NCBI GenBank assembly: GCA_964636895.1
Contig: CAZWUW010000002.1
Location: 378-64,377 of the forward strand
Origin: an uncultured Eubacteriales bacterium
GTDB lineage: Bacteria; Bacillota; Thermincolia; Thermincolales; CAZWUW01
Reading direction: 5' to 3'
Length of the DNA stretch: 64,000 nt
Shown: positions 37,164 to 46,956 of the stretch, in pieces
Layout: every line of letters begins with the position of its first letter
How positions within the stretch are numbered: position 1 is the first letter of the stretch
Program-made: the position numbers and the translations under genes
Notes under the pieces: generated by a model
Told to the model about the DNA's origin: nothing
Database searches by the model: none
The model's input: the letters and a program-made list of their open reading frames with translations, nothing else

Positions 37164-37926
37164 AGTTATCCGTAAAACTTTTCAGGAATGCTCGGGTGCG
37201 TTCATTGGCGGCGTTTGCAAACAGTTCGCCGGGAACCCCCTCTTCGATAATCCTGCCTTTGTCCATAAAGATGACCCTGTCGGCGACATCCCGGGCAAAA
37301 GCCATTTCATGGGTTACCACCACCATAGTCATGTGTTCCGCCGCCAGCAGCCGGATGACTTTTAATACTTCGCCCGTAAGTTCCGGGTCTAGGGCCGAAG
37401 TGGGTTCATCAAAGAAAAGGATATCCGGCTTCAGGGCCAGTGCCCGGGCAATGGCCACGCGCTGGCTCTGTCCGCCGGAAAGCTGGTATGGGTAAGCATG
37501 GGCCTTATCCGTCAAGCCCATTTTCGCCAAAAGCTCCATGGCTGTGTTTTTTGCCGCGGGATAATCCATACCTGCGACATGGACCGGTGCATCCGTTATG
37601 TTCTGCAGGACGGAAAAATGGGGGAACAGGTTAAAATTCTGAAAAACCAGGCCAAGACGCAGCCGTATTTTCCTAAGACTCTCTTCAGAGGCGTAAATAA
37701 CCTTGCCGTTATCCGTTGTTTTCACCATCACGTCCCCGCCTACCTCGACGGTACCGCGGTCGATTTTTTCAAGCCGGTTTAAGCAGCGCAGGACAGTGCT
37801 TTTGCCGGAACCTGAGGTGCCTATTACAGCCACTACTTCACCTTTTTTGACATCAAAGGAAACGTCTGAAACAGCTTCATTTCCGTCAAAGCTTTTGTAT
37901 AAGTGCTGAACCTTGAGCATGTGCAC
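37162..37926 (-). CDS. amino acid ABC transporter ATP-binding protein (GlnQ-like)
   Basis: Walker [10 protein letters not shown], signature LSGGQSQR, Walker [16 protein letters not shown] start after AGGAGGG. Confidence 0.9.
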   Translation of the reverse strand: MHMLKVQHLYKSFDGNEAVSDVSFDVKKGEVVAVIGTSGSGKSTVLRCLNRLEKIDRGTVEVGGDVMVKTTDNGKVIYASEESLRKIRLRLGLVFQNFNLFPHFSVLQNITDAPVHVAGMDYPAAKNTAMELLAKMGLTDKAHAYPYQLSGGQSQRVAIARALALKPDILFFDEPTSALDPELTGEVLKVIRLLAAEHMTMVVVTHEMAFARDVADRVIFMDKGRIIEEGVPGELFANAANERTRAFLKSFTDN

Positions 37927-37951
37927 CGGTCAACCCTCCTACCTGTAATTC

Positions 37952-38623
37952 CTACCTGTAATAACTGAGTTTCTTTTCGAGTGCATGCAGGGCTTTTGTT
38001 ACTCCCCAGGTCATGGTCAGATAAAACAAGCCGGCTACCAGGAGCGGGGTGGTGGAAAAAATCCTGTTGCTTTCATTCTGAGCCGCCCGTAACAATTCGG
38101 AAATACCGATTACCTGCACCAGCGCCGTATCTTTAACCAGGGAAATCACTTCGTTGCTGAGCGGGGGCAGGATCCTTTTGATGACCTGAGGCAGGATTAT
38201 TCTGATGAAAGTCTGGGTTCTGGTAAAGCCAAGGACTGATGCTGCTTCATATTGTCCGCGGGGAATGGACTCTATGCCCCCCCGGTATATTTCCGCGAAA
38301 TATGCCGCATAGTTCAACGTAAAGGCAATGATAGCGGCCATAAAACGGTCCAGATTAAGTCTAATGGGTTCGGGCAGGTATGAGGGGGCAAAATAAATAA
38401 AGATAATCTGTAATAGCAGGGGGGTGCCGCGCATTACCAGAATATACAGTTTTAACGGCCCGCTCAGCCATTTTTTATTTGACATCCGGCCAAGGGCCAC
38501 CAGCAATCCCAAGGGCAGGGAAAAAAGCAGGGTGAGGGAAAAAATCTGCAGCGAGGTCAGTGCCCCTTTAGAGAGTAAGGTTATTAGATTCTGGTAATCT
38601 GTCCAGTCCCCGTATGCAAACAA
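37952..38623 (-). CDS. amino acid ABC transporter permease
   Basis: 223 aa polytopic protein with an EAA-type loop (EAASVLGFTRTQTFIRIILPQ). Confidence 0.85.
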   Translation of the reverse strand: MFAYGDWTDYQNLITLLSKGALTSLQIFSLTLLFSLPLGLLVALGRMSNKKWLSGPLKLYILVMRGTPLLLQIIFIYFAPSYLPEPIRLNLDRFMAAIIAFTLNYAAYFAEIYRGGIESIPRGQYEAASVLGFTRTQTFIRIILPQVIKRILPPLSNEVISLVKDTALVQVIGISELLRAAQNESNRIFSTTPLLVAGLFYLTMTWGVTKALHALEKKLSYYR

Positions 38624-38719
38624 TTTACCAAGCTCCTTTGGTCATTAAAATAGTACAAGGCTGGCGTCATTCAGGCACCAGCCTCTTGTACAGGGCAAAA
38701 AATATCACCGGAAATACGG

Positions 38720-39580
38720 TTATTTTGCTACGGTAGTAACGTCCTTGCCAAACCATTTGGTGGAAATCTCCGCCAATTTGCCGTCCTTGGCCATAGCGCT
38801 GAGGGTTTCCTGGAATTTCTGGGTCAGCTGGGCATCTTCTTTGCGGAAGCCAACTCCGTATTCTTCACTGGCCAATGCCTCCTCCAGCACTTTATAACCC
38901 TTGTTTTTGGCTGTAATGTAGTAACGGGCCACGATTTCGTCCATCAGTACGGCGTCTACACCGCCTTTTTCAAGGTCCATGAGGGCCGTCATGTTATCCT
39001 TTAATTCAATGACTTCTTTCAGTTTGGCTTTAAAATCGGCCTTGCCATTAAGTGCGTCAGCAGCACTGGAAGCGGCCTGCAGCGCCAGTTTTTTGCCTTC
39101 CAGGTCGGCCAGTTGGGCAGAGCTGGAGTTGGCCATTACAACGACCACCTGGCGGTTATTCATGTAAGGCTCGGTGAAGAGAACCTTCTGTTTGCGTTCT
39201 TCGGTGATGGTAAAGCCGTTCCAGATAGCGTCAATGTTGCCGGTGTTAAGCTCCTGTTCCTTGGCGTCCCAGTTGATAGGCTGGAGCTTCAGCGCAATGC
39301 CTAACCGGGAAGTAACCTCTTTGGCCACGTCCACATCAAAACCGACGATTTCACCCTTTTCATCCTTAAAGCCCATCGGGGGGAAGTTTTCGTCAAGGCC
39401 AAGCACAAATTCCCCTTTTTCTTTAACTTTGTCCCAGGAGCCGTCACTTGCGCCGGCATTAGATGAAGCGGATGGCTTGGATGAATCGGCGCCTGTGGTT
39501 GAGGAGGAGCCGCCACAGCCGGACAGCAGCAGAGCTACTGCGAGTAAAGCTGCAAATAATACTGTCAGTTGCTTTTTCAT
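38720..39580 (-). CDS. amino acid ABC transporter substrate-binding lipoprotein
   Basis: Lipobox LLLSGCGG and family-3 solute-binding pattern (GFDVDVAKEV, NGFTITEER). Confidence 0.85.
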   Translation of the reverse strand: MKKQLTVLFAALLAVALLLSGCGGSSSTTGADSSKPSASSNAGASDGSWDKVKEKGEFVLGLDENFPPMGFKDEKGEIVGFDVDVAKEVTSRLGIALKLQPINWDAKEQELNTGNIDAIWNGFTITEERKQKVLFTEPYMNNRQVVVVMANSSSAQLADLEGKKLALQAASSAADALNGKADFKAKLKEVIELKDNMTALMDLEKGGVDAVLMDEIVARYYITAKNKGYKVLEEALASEEYGVGFRKEDAQLTQKFQETLSAMAKDGKLAEISTKWFGKDVTTVAK

Positions 39581-39831
39581 TAATCATCGCCCTTTCCTTG
39601 TTATTTTTTGGTCTTAAAGTATAATCCCACTAGTAATTTTACTTTAAAACTTCATTTTAGTAAAGTGTTAAATAGCCGGCTTTTTCGTGCCTTCTTCAGG
39701 ATTTTTGTTGTACTTCGACAATTTATTTGTGACGTGTCAACCAGGCCATGATAAAATAATTATTACAGGTGAGGAACGTTTTTCCTGTTTTATACGTCTA
39801 AAAGTATAAATAAATTTATGGGAGGATGTTT

Positions 39832-42000
39832 ATGAGAAGGAAAACCGCATTGTGTTTATTAGTCGTCTTGATGGCCACCGTCCTGTTCCCGGTGCAGGCG
39901 CTGGCCGGGTATGACCGGGAGTTGGAGAAAGCTATTACCACGACCAAAGCCCTGTTTAAAATTTCCGCCGGGTATGACAACTTCACCTACAATATCAACA
40001 AGCGGAAAGACAATACTGTTTATGACCTGATGTGGAATGACAGCAAAAACAGGCTCGGTAACGTCAGTGTCAGCATTGATTCAAATGGCAAGGTGCAGAA
40101 TTATCATACTTATAAGCCTTATGACGGGAAGTATCAGCAGAAAAAGCTGCCCTCTGTCAGTAAAAGCGACGCCCGGAAAAATGCCGACCAGTTTATCCGC
40201 AAAGTGCACCCGGATTTGTGGAACAAGCTGGAGTATCAGGAAAACAATTATCCGAGGAATATTAATGACAGGAATTATCAATTCAGGTACATAAGGATAG
40301 AAAACGGTATACCCTTCCCGGAAAACTCGGTAAATATTGCGGTAGATGCCATGAATGGCGATATTCAGAACTTTAACTATACCTGGCATGAGGGCGTAAC
40401 TTTCCCAGCCGGCGAGGGGGTTATCGGATTGGCGGAAGCCCAGCAGAAATTTGCCGGCAAGCTGGGTTTAAAGCTGCTCTATAAGCTGAATCTTGAACCA
40501 AATGACCAAAAGCCTTACGCTGTTTATGCAATTGTTTATAATAACCGGTTCCTGGATGCGAAAACCGGTGATGTCGTCACTACGGAAAATTACTACTTTG
40601 GTTATGGTTACGGCTATGGCGGCTACAAAGAGAGGATGATGGATCAAGGCGGTCAAAACAGCTATGCCGCTACGAAACAGGAAGCCTTAACGCCAAAGGA
40701 ACAGGATGCGGTAAAAAATGCCGCCGATATCATGAGCCAAGAAAAGGTCGAGGATATCGCCAGAAAAGCTTTTAGTATTGGCGCCGACTTTAAATTGAAC
40801 TATGTCAACCTATACAGCTATTGGCGGAGCAAAGACGACTACAATTGGAATCTGGACTTTGGCAAGGAAGAAAAAAGCGGCGGCAGCACCCAGTTTTATA
40901 ATATCGCTGTTACTATAGACGCCCGGACCGGCGATATTCTAAATTTTTACAGGAGTGTTCCTTATGAAAAGGATAGTCGTATTGCTTATAGTGAGGAGCA
41001 GGCCCTGAATATTGCCACAGATTTCATTAAGGCGATCCAGCCGGCGAAATATCAGGAAGTTGAGCGGACAACGTGGCGTGAGCCTGTTGTTAAGCCTATG
41101 GAAGAACAGCGGGAAGCCCTTTTTACCTTCGCCCGGAAAACAAAGGGTATTTATTTTATGGAAGACGGCTTTACTATTAGCGTGGACAGAGTGACGGGTA
41201 CGGTTACCGGTTACGTTTTTAACTGGTATAAAAAGGATTTGCCGGCGGTTGACAAGATTATCTCCCTGGACGCTGCGCACAAGGTATTGTTTGAAAAAGC
41301 AGGATTACAGCTGCAGTATATTTCCCGTTACCCGGTGGATACGCGTACCACTATAATGCCGCCGGACCCGAAAATTAAACCGGAAATCAAGCTGGTATAT
41401 GCTCTGAAGCCGGAAAAGCCTGCTAATGTTGATGCGTTTACCGGTAAATTGCTGCAACATGACGGCAAGCCCTTTGAGGAAGGTGGTACTGCAGTTTACA
41501 GCGATATTAAGGGGAATTTTGCCGAAAGCCAAATCAAGGTGCTTGCTGAATATGGCATTACCCTGCCCGGCAGCCAGTTAAAGCCCAGTCAGCACATTAC
41601 CCAGCGGGAGTTCCTGTACCTGCTGCACAAAGCGATAAATCCATATGTTGAAATAGACTTTCCCGCGGATAGTAAAGAGGACGAAGCCCTTTACAATTTA
41701 CTGATCGGGGCCGGTATAGTCAAGGAGGGGGAAAAGGCGCCGCAATCCATTGTATCCAGGCAGGAGGCGGTAAAGTTTTTGATCAGGGCCCTCACTTATG
41801 ATAAAGTGGCGGAGATTAAGGGCATATACGCCCTGCCGTTTAAGGATGCCGGGAATATAAAGCCGGATCTCTACGGGTATATGGCAATTGCTTATGGGTT
41901 AAAGATTATTCAGGGCGATAATGGATACGCCAAGCCAACGGCCAGCTTGACAAAGGCGCAGAGTTTCGTCTTGCTGTATAATTTTTTGAATGTCCAATAG
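39832..42000 (+). CDS. secreted cell-wall-associated protein with repeated PepSY-like modules and C-terminal SLH-like repeats
   Basis: Signal peptide MRRKTALCLLVVLMATVLFPVQALA. Three C-terminal SLH-like segments (YSDIKGNFAESQIKVLAEYGI..., ...LIGAGIVKEG..., FKDAGNIKPDLYGYMAIAYGLKIIQG). Confidence 0.5.
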   Translation: MRRKTALCLLVVLMATVLFPVQALAGYDRELEKAITTTKALFKISAGYDNFTYNINKRKDNTVYDLMWNDSKNRLGNVSVSIDSNGKVQNYHTYKPYDGKYQQKKLPSVSKSDARKNADQFIRKVHPDLWNKLEYQENNYPRNINDRNYQFRYIRIENGIPFPENSVNIAVDAMNGDIQNFNYTWHEGVTFPAGEGVIGLAEAQQKFAGKLGLKLLYKLNLEPNDQKPYAVYAIVYNNRFLDAKTGDVVTTENYYFGYGYGYGGYKERMMDQGGQNSYAATKQEALTPKEQDAVKNAADIMSQEKVEDIARKAFSIGADFKLNYVNLYSYWRSKDDYNWNLDFGKEEKSGGSTQFYNIAVTIDARTGDILNFYRSVPYEKDSRIAYSEEQALNIATDFIKAIQPAKYQEVERTTWREPVVKPMEEQREALFTFARKTKGIYFMEDGFTISVDRVTGTVTGYVFNWYKKDLPAVDKIISLDAAHKVLFEKAGLQLQYISRYPVDTRTTIMPPDPKIKPEIKLVYALKPEKPANVDAFTGKLLQHDGKPFEEGGTAVYSDIKGNFAESQIKVLAEYGITLPGSQLKPSQHITQREFLYLLHKAINPYVEIDFPADSKEDEALYNLLIGAGIVKEGEKAPQSIVSRQEAVKFLIRALTYDKVAEIKGIYALPFKDAGNIKPDLYGYMAIAYGLKIIQGDNGYAKPTASLTKAQSFVLLYNFLNVQ

Positions 42001-42237
42001 AATATTGCCAGGAGAGGGGAACAACAGTCATGTTGTTCTCTTTTTTTTGTTTTAATTTTTTTATTGACAAGATCGGCACCGGAATGTAAAATACAAATAA
42101 ACCAATCAAATTAGTCGGAATAAAAACATTATTTTAGACGACCAGAAAGACTGGAGGCTAAAACTTTTGGGCCGGGGGGGTTGTCTTAAAAAGATAATTG
42201 CCTTGGCTTTTTGTTTATCTACGAAGGAGGTGAAAAC

Positions 42238-43305
42238 ATGTATAAGGATCAAATGACTCCGTTGGAACGCATGACTGCATATAACAGGGGGGAGCCGGTG
42301 GACCGGCTGCCATGTGTACCTATTGTCGGTAATACAGCAGCCCGGGTCATCGGGGTGAAGATTTCCGATTTCAGGGGCAGCGGCAAGCTTATTGCCAAAG
42401 CCCAGGTCGAAGCATACCGGCTCTTTAAATATGATGTGATTAGAATTTTTACCGACCTTTACACCCAGGCGGAGGCGATGGGTGCCAAGATACATTATCC
42501 GGATGATGAAACTGCTTATCATGTAGGGCCGGCCATTAACAGTGTGGCTGAAATAGATCATCTACAGCCAGCGGACCCTTACCGGGACGGTAACCTGCCG
42601 CACTTTTTGGAAGCAATGAAGATAGCCGTGGATGAGGTTGGTAACGAAGCTGTTGTTACCGGTGCATTGACGGCCCCTTTTACCAACGCCTCTTTTTTAA
42701 TCGGCACCGAGCAACTGGTAAAGCTTACATATAAAAACCCGGAAGCTGTGCATCGGCTTTGCAGGCTTTCGCTGGAAACAAGCCTGCGGTACGCCAAAGC
42801 CATTATTGACACTGGCTGCGCACCGAGCCTGACGGACCCTATGTCGTCCTGCGCAATTATCGGGCCGCGGCAGTTTAAAGAGTTTTCCTACCCTTACCTG
42901 AAAGAATTAATCGATTATATTCATTCCCGGGGTAAAACGGTAACCCTGCACATTTGCGGCAATACCGCCAAGGTATGGGATTTGATGGCGGCGACCGGGG
43001 CAGATTGTCTGAGTATCGATACTGATGCCGATTTGTTGGCGGCCAGACAAGCGATTGGCGAAAAGGTTCGGCTGATGGGCAATGTGCGGCCTTCGGAAAC
43101 AATGCTGATGGGGAGCCCCGAGGATGTCCGGCGGGAAGTAATAGAGTGTGTACTTAAATGTTATGACAACCCCAAGGGTTATATTGTGGCTTCCGGTTGC
43201 AGCCTGCCTACCGAGACGCCGTTTGCCAACATTCACGCCATGCTTGATACGGTAAGAGAAATCGGTTATCCGGTGGATGTGGAAAAATTGGAGGGGATAA
43301 AGTGA
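42238..43305 (+). CDS. uroporphyrinogen decarboxylase-family methyltransferase (MtaA/CmuA-like)
   Basis: 355 aa from the ATG after GAAGGAGG. URO-D fold pattern (N-terminal MTPLERM...GEPVDRLP, C-terminal GYIVASGCSLPTETP). Confidence 0.65.
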   Translation: MYKDQMTPLERMTAYNRGEPVDRLPCVPIVGNTAARVIGVKISDFRGSGKLIAKAQVEAYRLFKYDVIRIFTDLYTQAEAMGAKIHYPDDETAYHVGPAINSVAEIDHLQPADPYRDGNLPHFLEAMKIAVDEVGNEAVVTGALTAPFTNASFLIGTEQLVKLTYKNPEAVHRLCRLSLETSLRYAKAIIDTGCAPSLTDPMSSCAIIGPRQFKEFSYPYLKELIDYIHSRGKTVTLHICGNTAKVWDLMAATGADCLSIDTDADLLAARQAIGEKVRLMGNVRPSETMLMGSPEDVRREVIECVLKCYDNPKGYIVASGCSLPTETPFANIHAMLDTVREIGYPVDVEKLEGIK

Positions 43306-43991
43306 GTCTAAGCAAGAAACTCGGTCAAAACCAAAAACTCAGTCATAACCAAAAACTTAGTTGTACTGACTGCGGGGTGTTAAATTGCTACCGGCAGGAG
43401 CAGGATTATCCAAAGTTTTGCCTGACCACGCAGACAAACGGAAAAGAAATTGAAAAAACCAATGACCTTTACAGAAATGATGCTTTAGTTGCCAAAATCT
43501 CCAATGCTGCCGCGGAAATCGAAGGAACATACTATGGTAAGCTGACCCGGGTGGAGGAAATTATCGCCTTCGCCAAAAGAATAGGGGCCAAAAAGATCGG
43601 GGTTGCCACCTGCATTGGTCTGATGAATGAAAGCAAAATCTTTGTAAAGATCCTGCAGGCCAAAGGCCTGGAAAGCTATAGTGTGATTTGCAAAGTAGGT
43701 TCCACCGATAAAACCGAGGTAGGGGTGCCGGAGAATTTAAAAGTGCGGCAGGGCGGTCATGAGGCTCTCTGCAATCCGATTTTGCAGGCCAGACTGTTGA
43801 ATAAGGAAAAAACCGACCTCAATGTTATTGTAGGGCTCTGCGTTGGACATGATTCGCTGTTTATCAAATATTCCAAGGCGCCGGTGACCACGTTGATTAC
43901 CAAGGACCGGGTGCTGGGCCATAATCCGGCGGCTGCCCTTTACACCAGCGGCTTTTATTACAACCGGCTGCTGCAGGAAGAAAACATATAA
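43302..43991 (+). CDS. cysteine-rich metal-binding protein, DUF1847-like
   Basis: 229 aa with CTDCGVLNC...FC motif near the N-terminus. GTGA overlap with the upstream gene. Family call is from memory only. Confidence 0.4.
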   Translation: MSLSKKLGQNQKLSHNQKLSCTDCGVLNCYRQEQDYPKFCLTTQTNGKEIEKTNDLYRNDALVAKISNAAAEIEGTYYGKLTRVEEIIAFAKRIGAKKIGVATCIGLMNESKIFVKILQAKGLESYSVICKVGSTDKTEVGVPENLKVRQGGHEALCNPILQARLLNKEKTDLNVIVGLCVGHDSLFIKYSKAPVTTLITKDRVLGHNPAAALYTSGFYYNRLLQEENI

Positions 43992-44028
43992 GCTTATAAA
44001 TAACGAATTCGACAGGAGAGATGCGAGA

Positions 44029-45138
44029 ATGAAAAAATCAGTTATCAGCATATTAGTATTGATTGTGCTGGGCATCGCCGTTTTAAGCGGCTGCGGCGGC
44101 AAGCAAACCGGCACCGGCCAGGCGGAAAAGCAGGGCGGCCAGGCAGCTACCGGGCAGGCAACGGGCGGCGGTCAGGAAAAGACAGGCGGCGAGCTGAAAA
44201 AGTTTAATGTGGGCTATCTGCCTTCAGCGGGACACGTCCTTTATTTTGTGGCTAAAGAAAAAGGATATTTTGCGGAAGCCGGCCTGGATGTGGAGTTATT
44301 TCAGTTTAACAACTCCGGCGAAGGGTTGAATGCCTTGAAAGCAGGCAAGATAGATGCGGGTTCCTTCGGTACGGCGGCACCGCTCACCTTTATTTCCAAA
44401 GGAGCCGATTTTACGGTTTTCGGGGGTCAGCAGACAGAAGGCCACGGGCTTATTGCCAAACCCGAAAAAGCAGAGCAGTTTAAGGATTTGAAAAATTATA
44501 AAGGCAAAACCATCGGTACAGTCAGACTGGCCACAGGTGATGTGGTATTTAGAGGGGCACTGCTGGATGCAGGTATCGACTGGCGCAAGGATATAACGAT
44601 CAAGGAACTGGATTCGCCGGCAGCGGTCCTGGAAGCTGTGAAAAAGGGCAGCGTGGACGCCGGGATTGTGTGGACCCCCTTTATAAAAATGGCTGAACAA
44701 CAGGGCTTGCAAATTGTCAAATACTCCGGTGAGCTGATGAAGCTGCACGCCTGCTGCCGGCAGGTGGCTCAGACAGCCAAAATCAAAGAAAACCCCGGGG
44801 ATTATGAGAAGTTTATGACAGCTCTAATTAAAGCATATAAGTTTTATCAGGAAAATCAGGATGAAACTGTGGATATTATTGCCAATTACGTAAAAATTGA
44901 CAAAGCAATAATTAAGGCTGAGACTTACGGCGGCCATATGGTCAGCATACCTGACCCGGACCGGGCGGGCGTGGTTAAGTTCTGGGATTTAATGAACAAA
45001 GCCGGGTATATTTCATCAGATATAAAAATTGAAAACCACATAAATACTGATATTTATAAAAATGCCCTGGACGGCCTGCTGAAACAGCAGCCTGAAGAAG
45101 CTGTGTACAAGAAATTAAGCGCCGATTTCAAAGGGTAG
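44029..45138 (+). CDS. ABC transporter substrate-binding lipoprotein (NMT1/THI5-like, NitT/TauT family)
   Basis: Lipobox VLSGCGG, a Gly/Gln-rich linker, and an NMT1-like body. Confidence 0.7.
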   Translation: MKKSVISILVLIVLGIAVLSGCGGKQTGTGQAEKQGGQAATGQATGGGQEKTGGELKKFNVGYLPSAGHVLYFVAKEKGYFAEAGLDVELFQFNNSGEGLNALKAGKIDAGSFGTAAPLTFISKGADFTVFGGQQTEGHGLIAKPEKAEQFKDLKNYKGKTIGTVRLATGDVVFRGALLDAGIDWRKDITIKELDSPAAVLEAVKKGSVDAGIVWTPFIKMAEQQGLQIVKYSGELMKLHACCRQVAQTAKIKENPGDYEKFMTALIKAYKFYQENQDETVDIIANYVKIDKAIIKAETYGGHMVSIPDPDRAGVVKFWDLMNKAGYISSDIKIENHINTDIYKNALDGLLKQQPEEAVYKKLSADFKG

Positions 45139-45220
45139 TGGCTTTGCCGGCGGCCAAAAGCATTAACGCGGATAAAAGATTTACCGGCGGCCAAAAGCAT
45201 AAATGATTGAAGGGGTGCAG

Positions 45221-46027
45221 ATGATGGGCAAGATTATGCTGCAGAATGTGTCTTTTGCCTATGAAAGCAAAAATAACGGGGCCGCTGTTATTCAGGATGT
45301 TAATCTGAGTATCAGGGCCGGTGAGTTTGTCAGTGTCATTGGGCCCAGCGGCTGCGGGAAAAGCACGCTGCTGACCCTTTTGGCCGGGCTAAACTTCCCC
45401 TCCCAGGGTCGGCTGTTGCTTGACGGACAGGAGATTATCGGCACCGGGGTGGACCGGGGCATTGTTTTTCAACATTACTCTCTGTTCCCCTGGATGAAAG
45501 CCAGGAAAAACATTACCTTTGGCATTAAACAGGTGAACCGGGATAAAAGCAAAAAAGAAATTGATCAAATCGCGGACGAGTATTTGGCGCTGGTAGGACT
45601 CGAAGAGTTTGGCCATAAATACCCGGCCCAGCTTTCAGGCGGGATGCAGCAGCGGGTGGCCATTGCCAGGGCCTTTGCCATGAACCCGGGCATCCTTTTG
45701 ATGGATGAGCCGTTTAGCGCGGTAGATGCCAAAAACCGGCTGGCCTTGCAGGAACTCCTGCTAAAGCTATGGGACACCGGCAGTATGAAAAAAACAGTAA
45801 TTTTTATTACTCATGACATTGATGAAGCTATTGTGCTATCCGACCGGATTATCGTCATGTCTGCCGGTAACGGCACTGTGAAAAAAGAAATTAATGTAGA
45901 GTTTGCCAGGCCGAGAAACCGGGCTGATTTAATCAGAACAGCGGCACACGCTGAACTGCGCAACAAACTGGTAGGTTTGCTTTATGATGATCTGGTGCAG
46001 CAGAGCGCGTCGTCAGCCGCTCTTTAG
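45221..46027 (+). CDS. ABC transporter ATP-binding protein (NitT/TauT family)
   Basis: [34 protein letters not shown]. Confidence 0.9.
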   Translation: MMGKIMLQNVSFAYESKNNGAAVIQDVNLSIRAGEFVSVIGPSGCGKSTLLTLLAGLNFPSQGRLLLDGQEIIGTGVDRGIVFQHYSLFPWMKARKNITFGIKQVNRDKSKKEIDQIADEYLALVGLEEFGHKYPAQLSGGMQQRVAIARAFAMNPGILLMDEPFSAVDAKNRLALQELLLKLWDTGSMKKTVIFITHDIDEAIVLSDRIIVMSAGNGTVKKEINVEFARPRNRADLIRTAAHAELRNKLVGLLYDDLVQQSASSAAL

Positions 46028-46032
46028 GGGGC

Positions 46033-46947
46033 ATGGGGATGAAAAAAATTATCAGTCCGGCAAATATCTTACTGCTGGTATTTCTGCTTATTGAGCTGCT
46101 GCCGGCCAAAAGGCCCGACGGCAATACCTGGTATGTAATTGGTCTGGCCGGGTTAATCAGTTTAAACTATTTGTTAAAAGTATTTTTAGAAAAAGATGCC
46201 GAAAAAATTCAAACAACCGGTGATATCACGTCACTGGTGTACTTCCTGCTGATTTCCTGGGAACTGTCAACTACTAAACTGGACCTGTTGGATAAAATGC
46301 TTTTTCCCGGTCCTGGTATTATTATTGCCTTGTTTATCGGGGAACTGCCGGAACTGTTCAAAGGTTTTTTAAGCTCTATGCGGCTTTTGCTGGCCGGTTA
46401 CGGGCTGGCGCTGGCCACGGCTATTCCTTTGGCGCTGGTTATCGGGTGGCGGCGCAGGTTTTACCGGGCCGTGAACCCCCTGACCAAAGTGCTGGGGCCG
46501 ATTCCGCCTATTGTATATATCCCGTACGCCATCGGTATGCTGCCGACTTTTACGGTTTCTTCAATATTTATAATTTTTATCGGGGCCTTCTGGCCGATAT
46601 TTATTAATACCCTGAACGGAGTATTTAATGTTGAGAAGGAGCTTATTGACTCGGCCAGGGTTTTAAATGTCCGGGAACGTACTATGCTGTTTGAGATCAT
46701 CCTGCCGGGCACCCTGCCCTCGATTATCAGCGGTGCCACCATCGGCCTGGTATTGTCTTTTATTCTGCTGACCGCTGCCGAGATGATCGGCGCCACGTCA
46801 GGATTGGGCTGGTATGTGAAGTACTTCTCCGATTTTGCGGACTACCCCAGGGTGATTGTCGGTATAATATTTATTGGCATGGTAGTTACCGGGATTACTT
46901 ATGTGTTTGACCGGATAGAGAAGTATTTACTCAGGTGGAAGCATTAA
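46033..46947 (+). CDS. ABC transporter permease (NitT/TauT family)
   Basis: 304 aa polytopic protein with an EAA-type loop (DSARVLNVRERTMLFEIILPG). Confidence 0.8.
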   Translation: MGMKKIISPANILLLVFLLIELLPAKRPDGNTWYVIGLAGLISLNYLLKVFLEKDAEKIQTTGDITSLVYFLLISWELSTTKLDLLDKMLFPGPGIIIALFIGELPELFKGFLSSMRLLLAGYGLALATAIPLALVIGWRRRFYRAVNPLTKVLGPIPPIVYIPYAIGMLPTFTVSSIFIIFIGAFWPIFINTLNGVFNVEKELIDSARVLNVRERTMLFEIILPGTLPSIISGATIGLVLSFILLTAAEMIGATSGLGWYVKYFSDFADYPRVIVGIIFIGMVVTGITYVFDRIEKYLLRWKH

Positions 46948-46956
46948 TCCTTTCGC

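Noticed and set aside
42001-42237. Possible cobalamin riboswitch ahead of the MtaA-like methyltransferase.
   Set aside because: I could find no B12-box-like element or convincing conserved stems. Only a terminator for the upstream gene and an RBS are evident.
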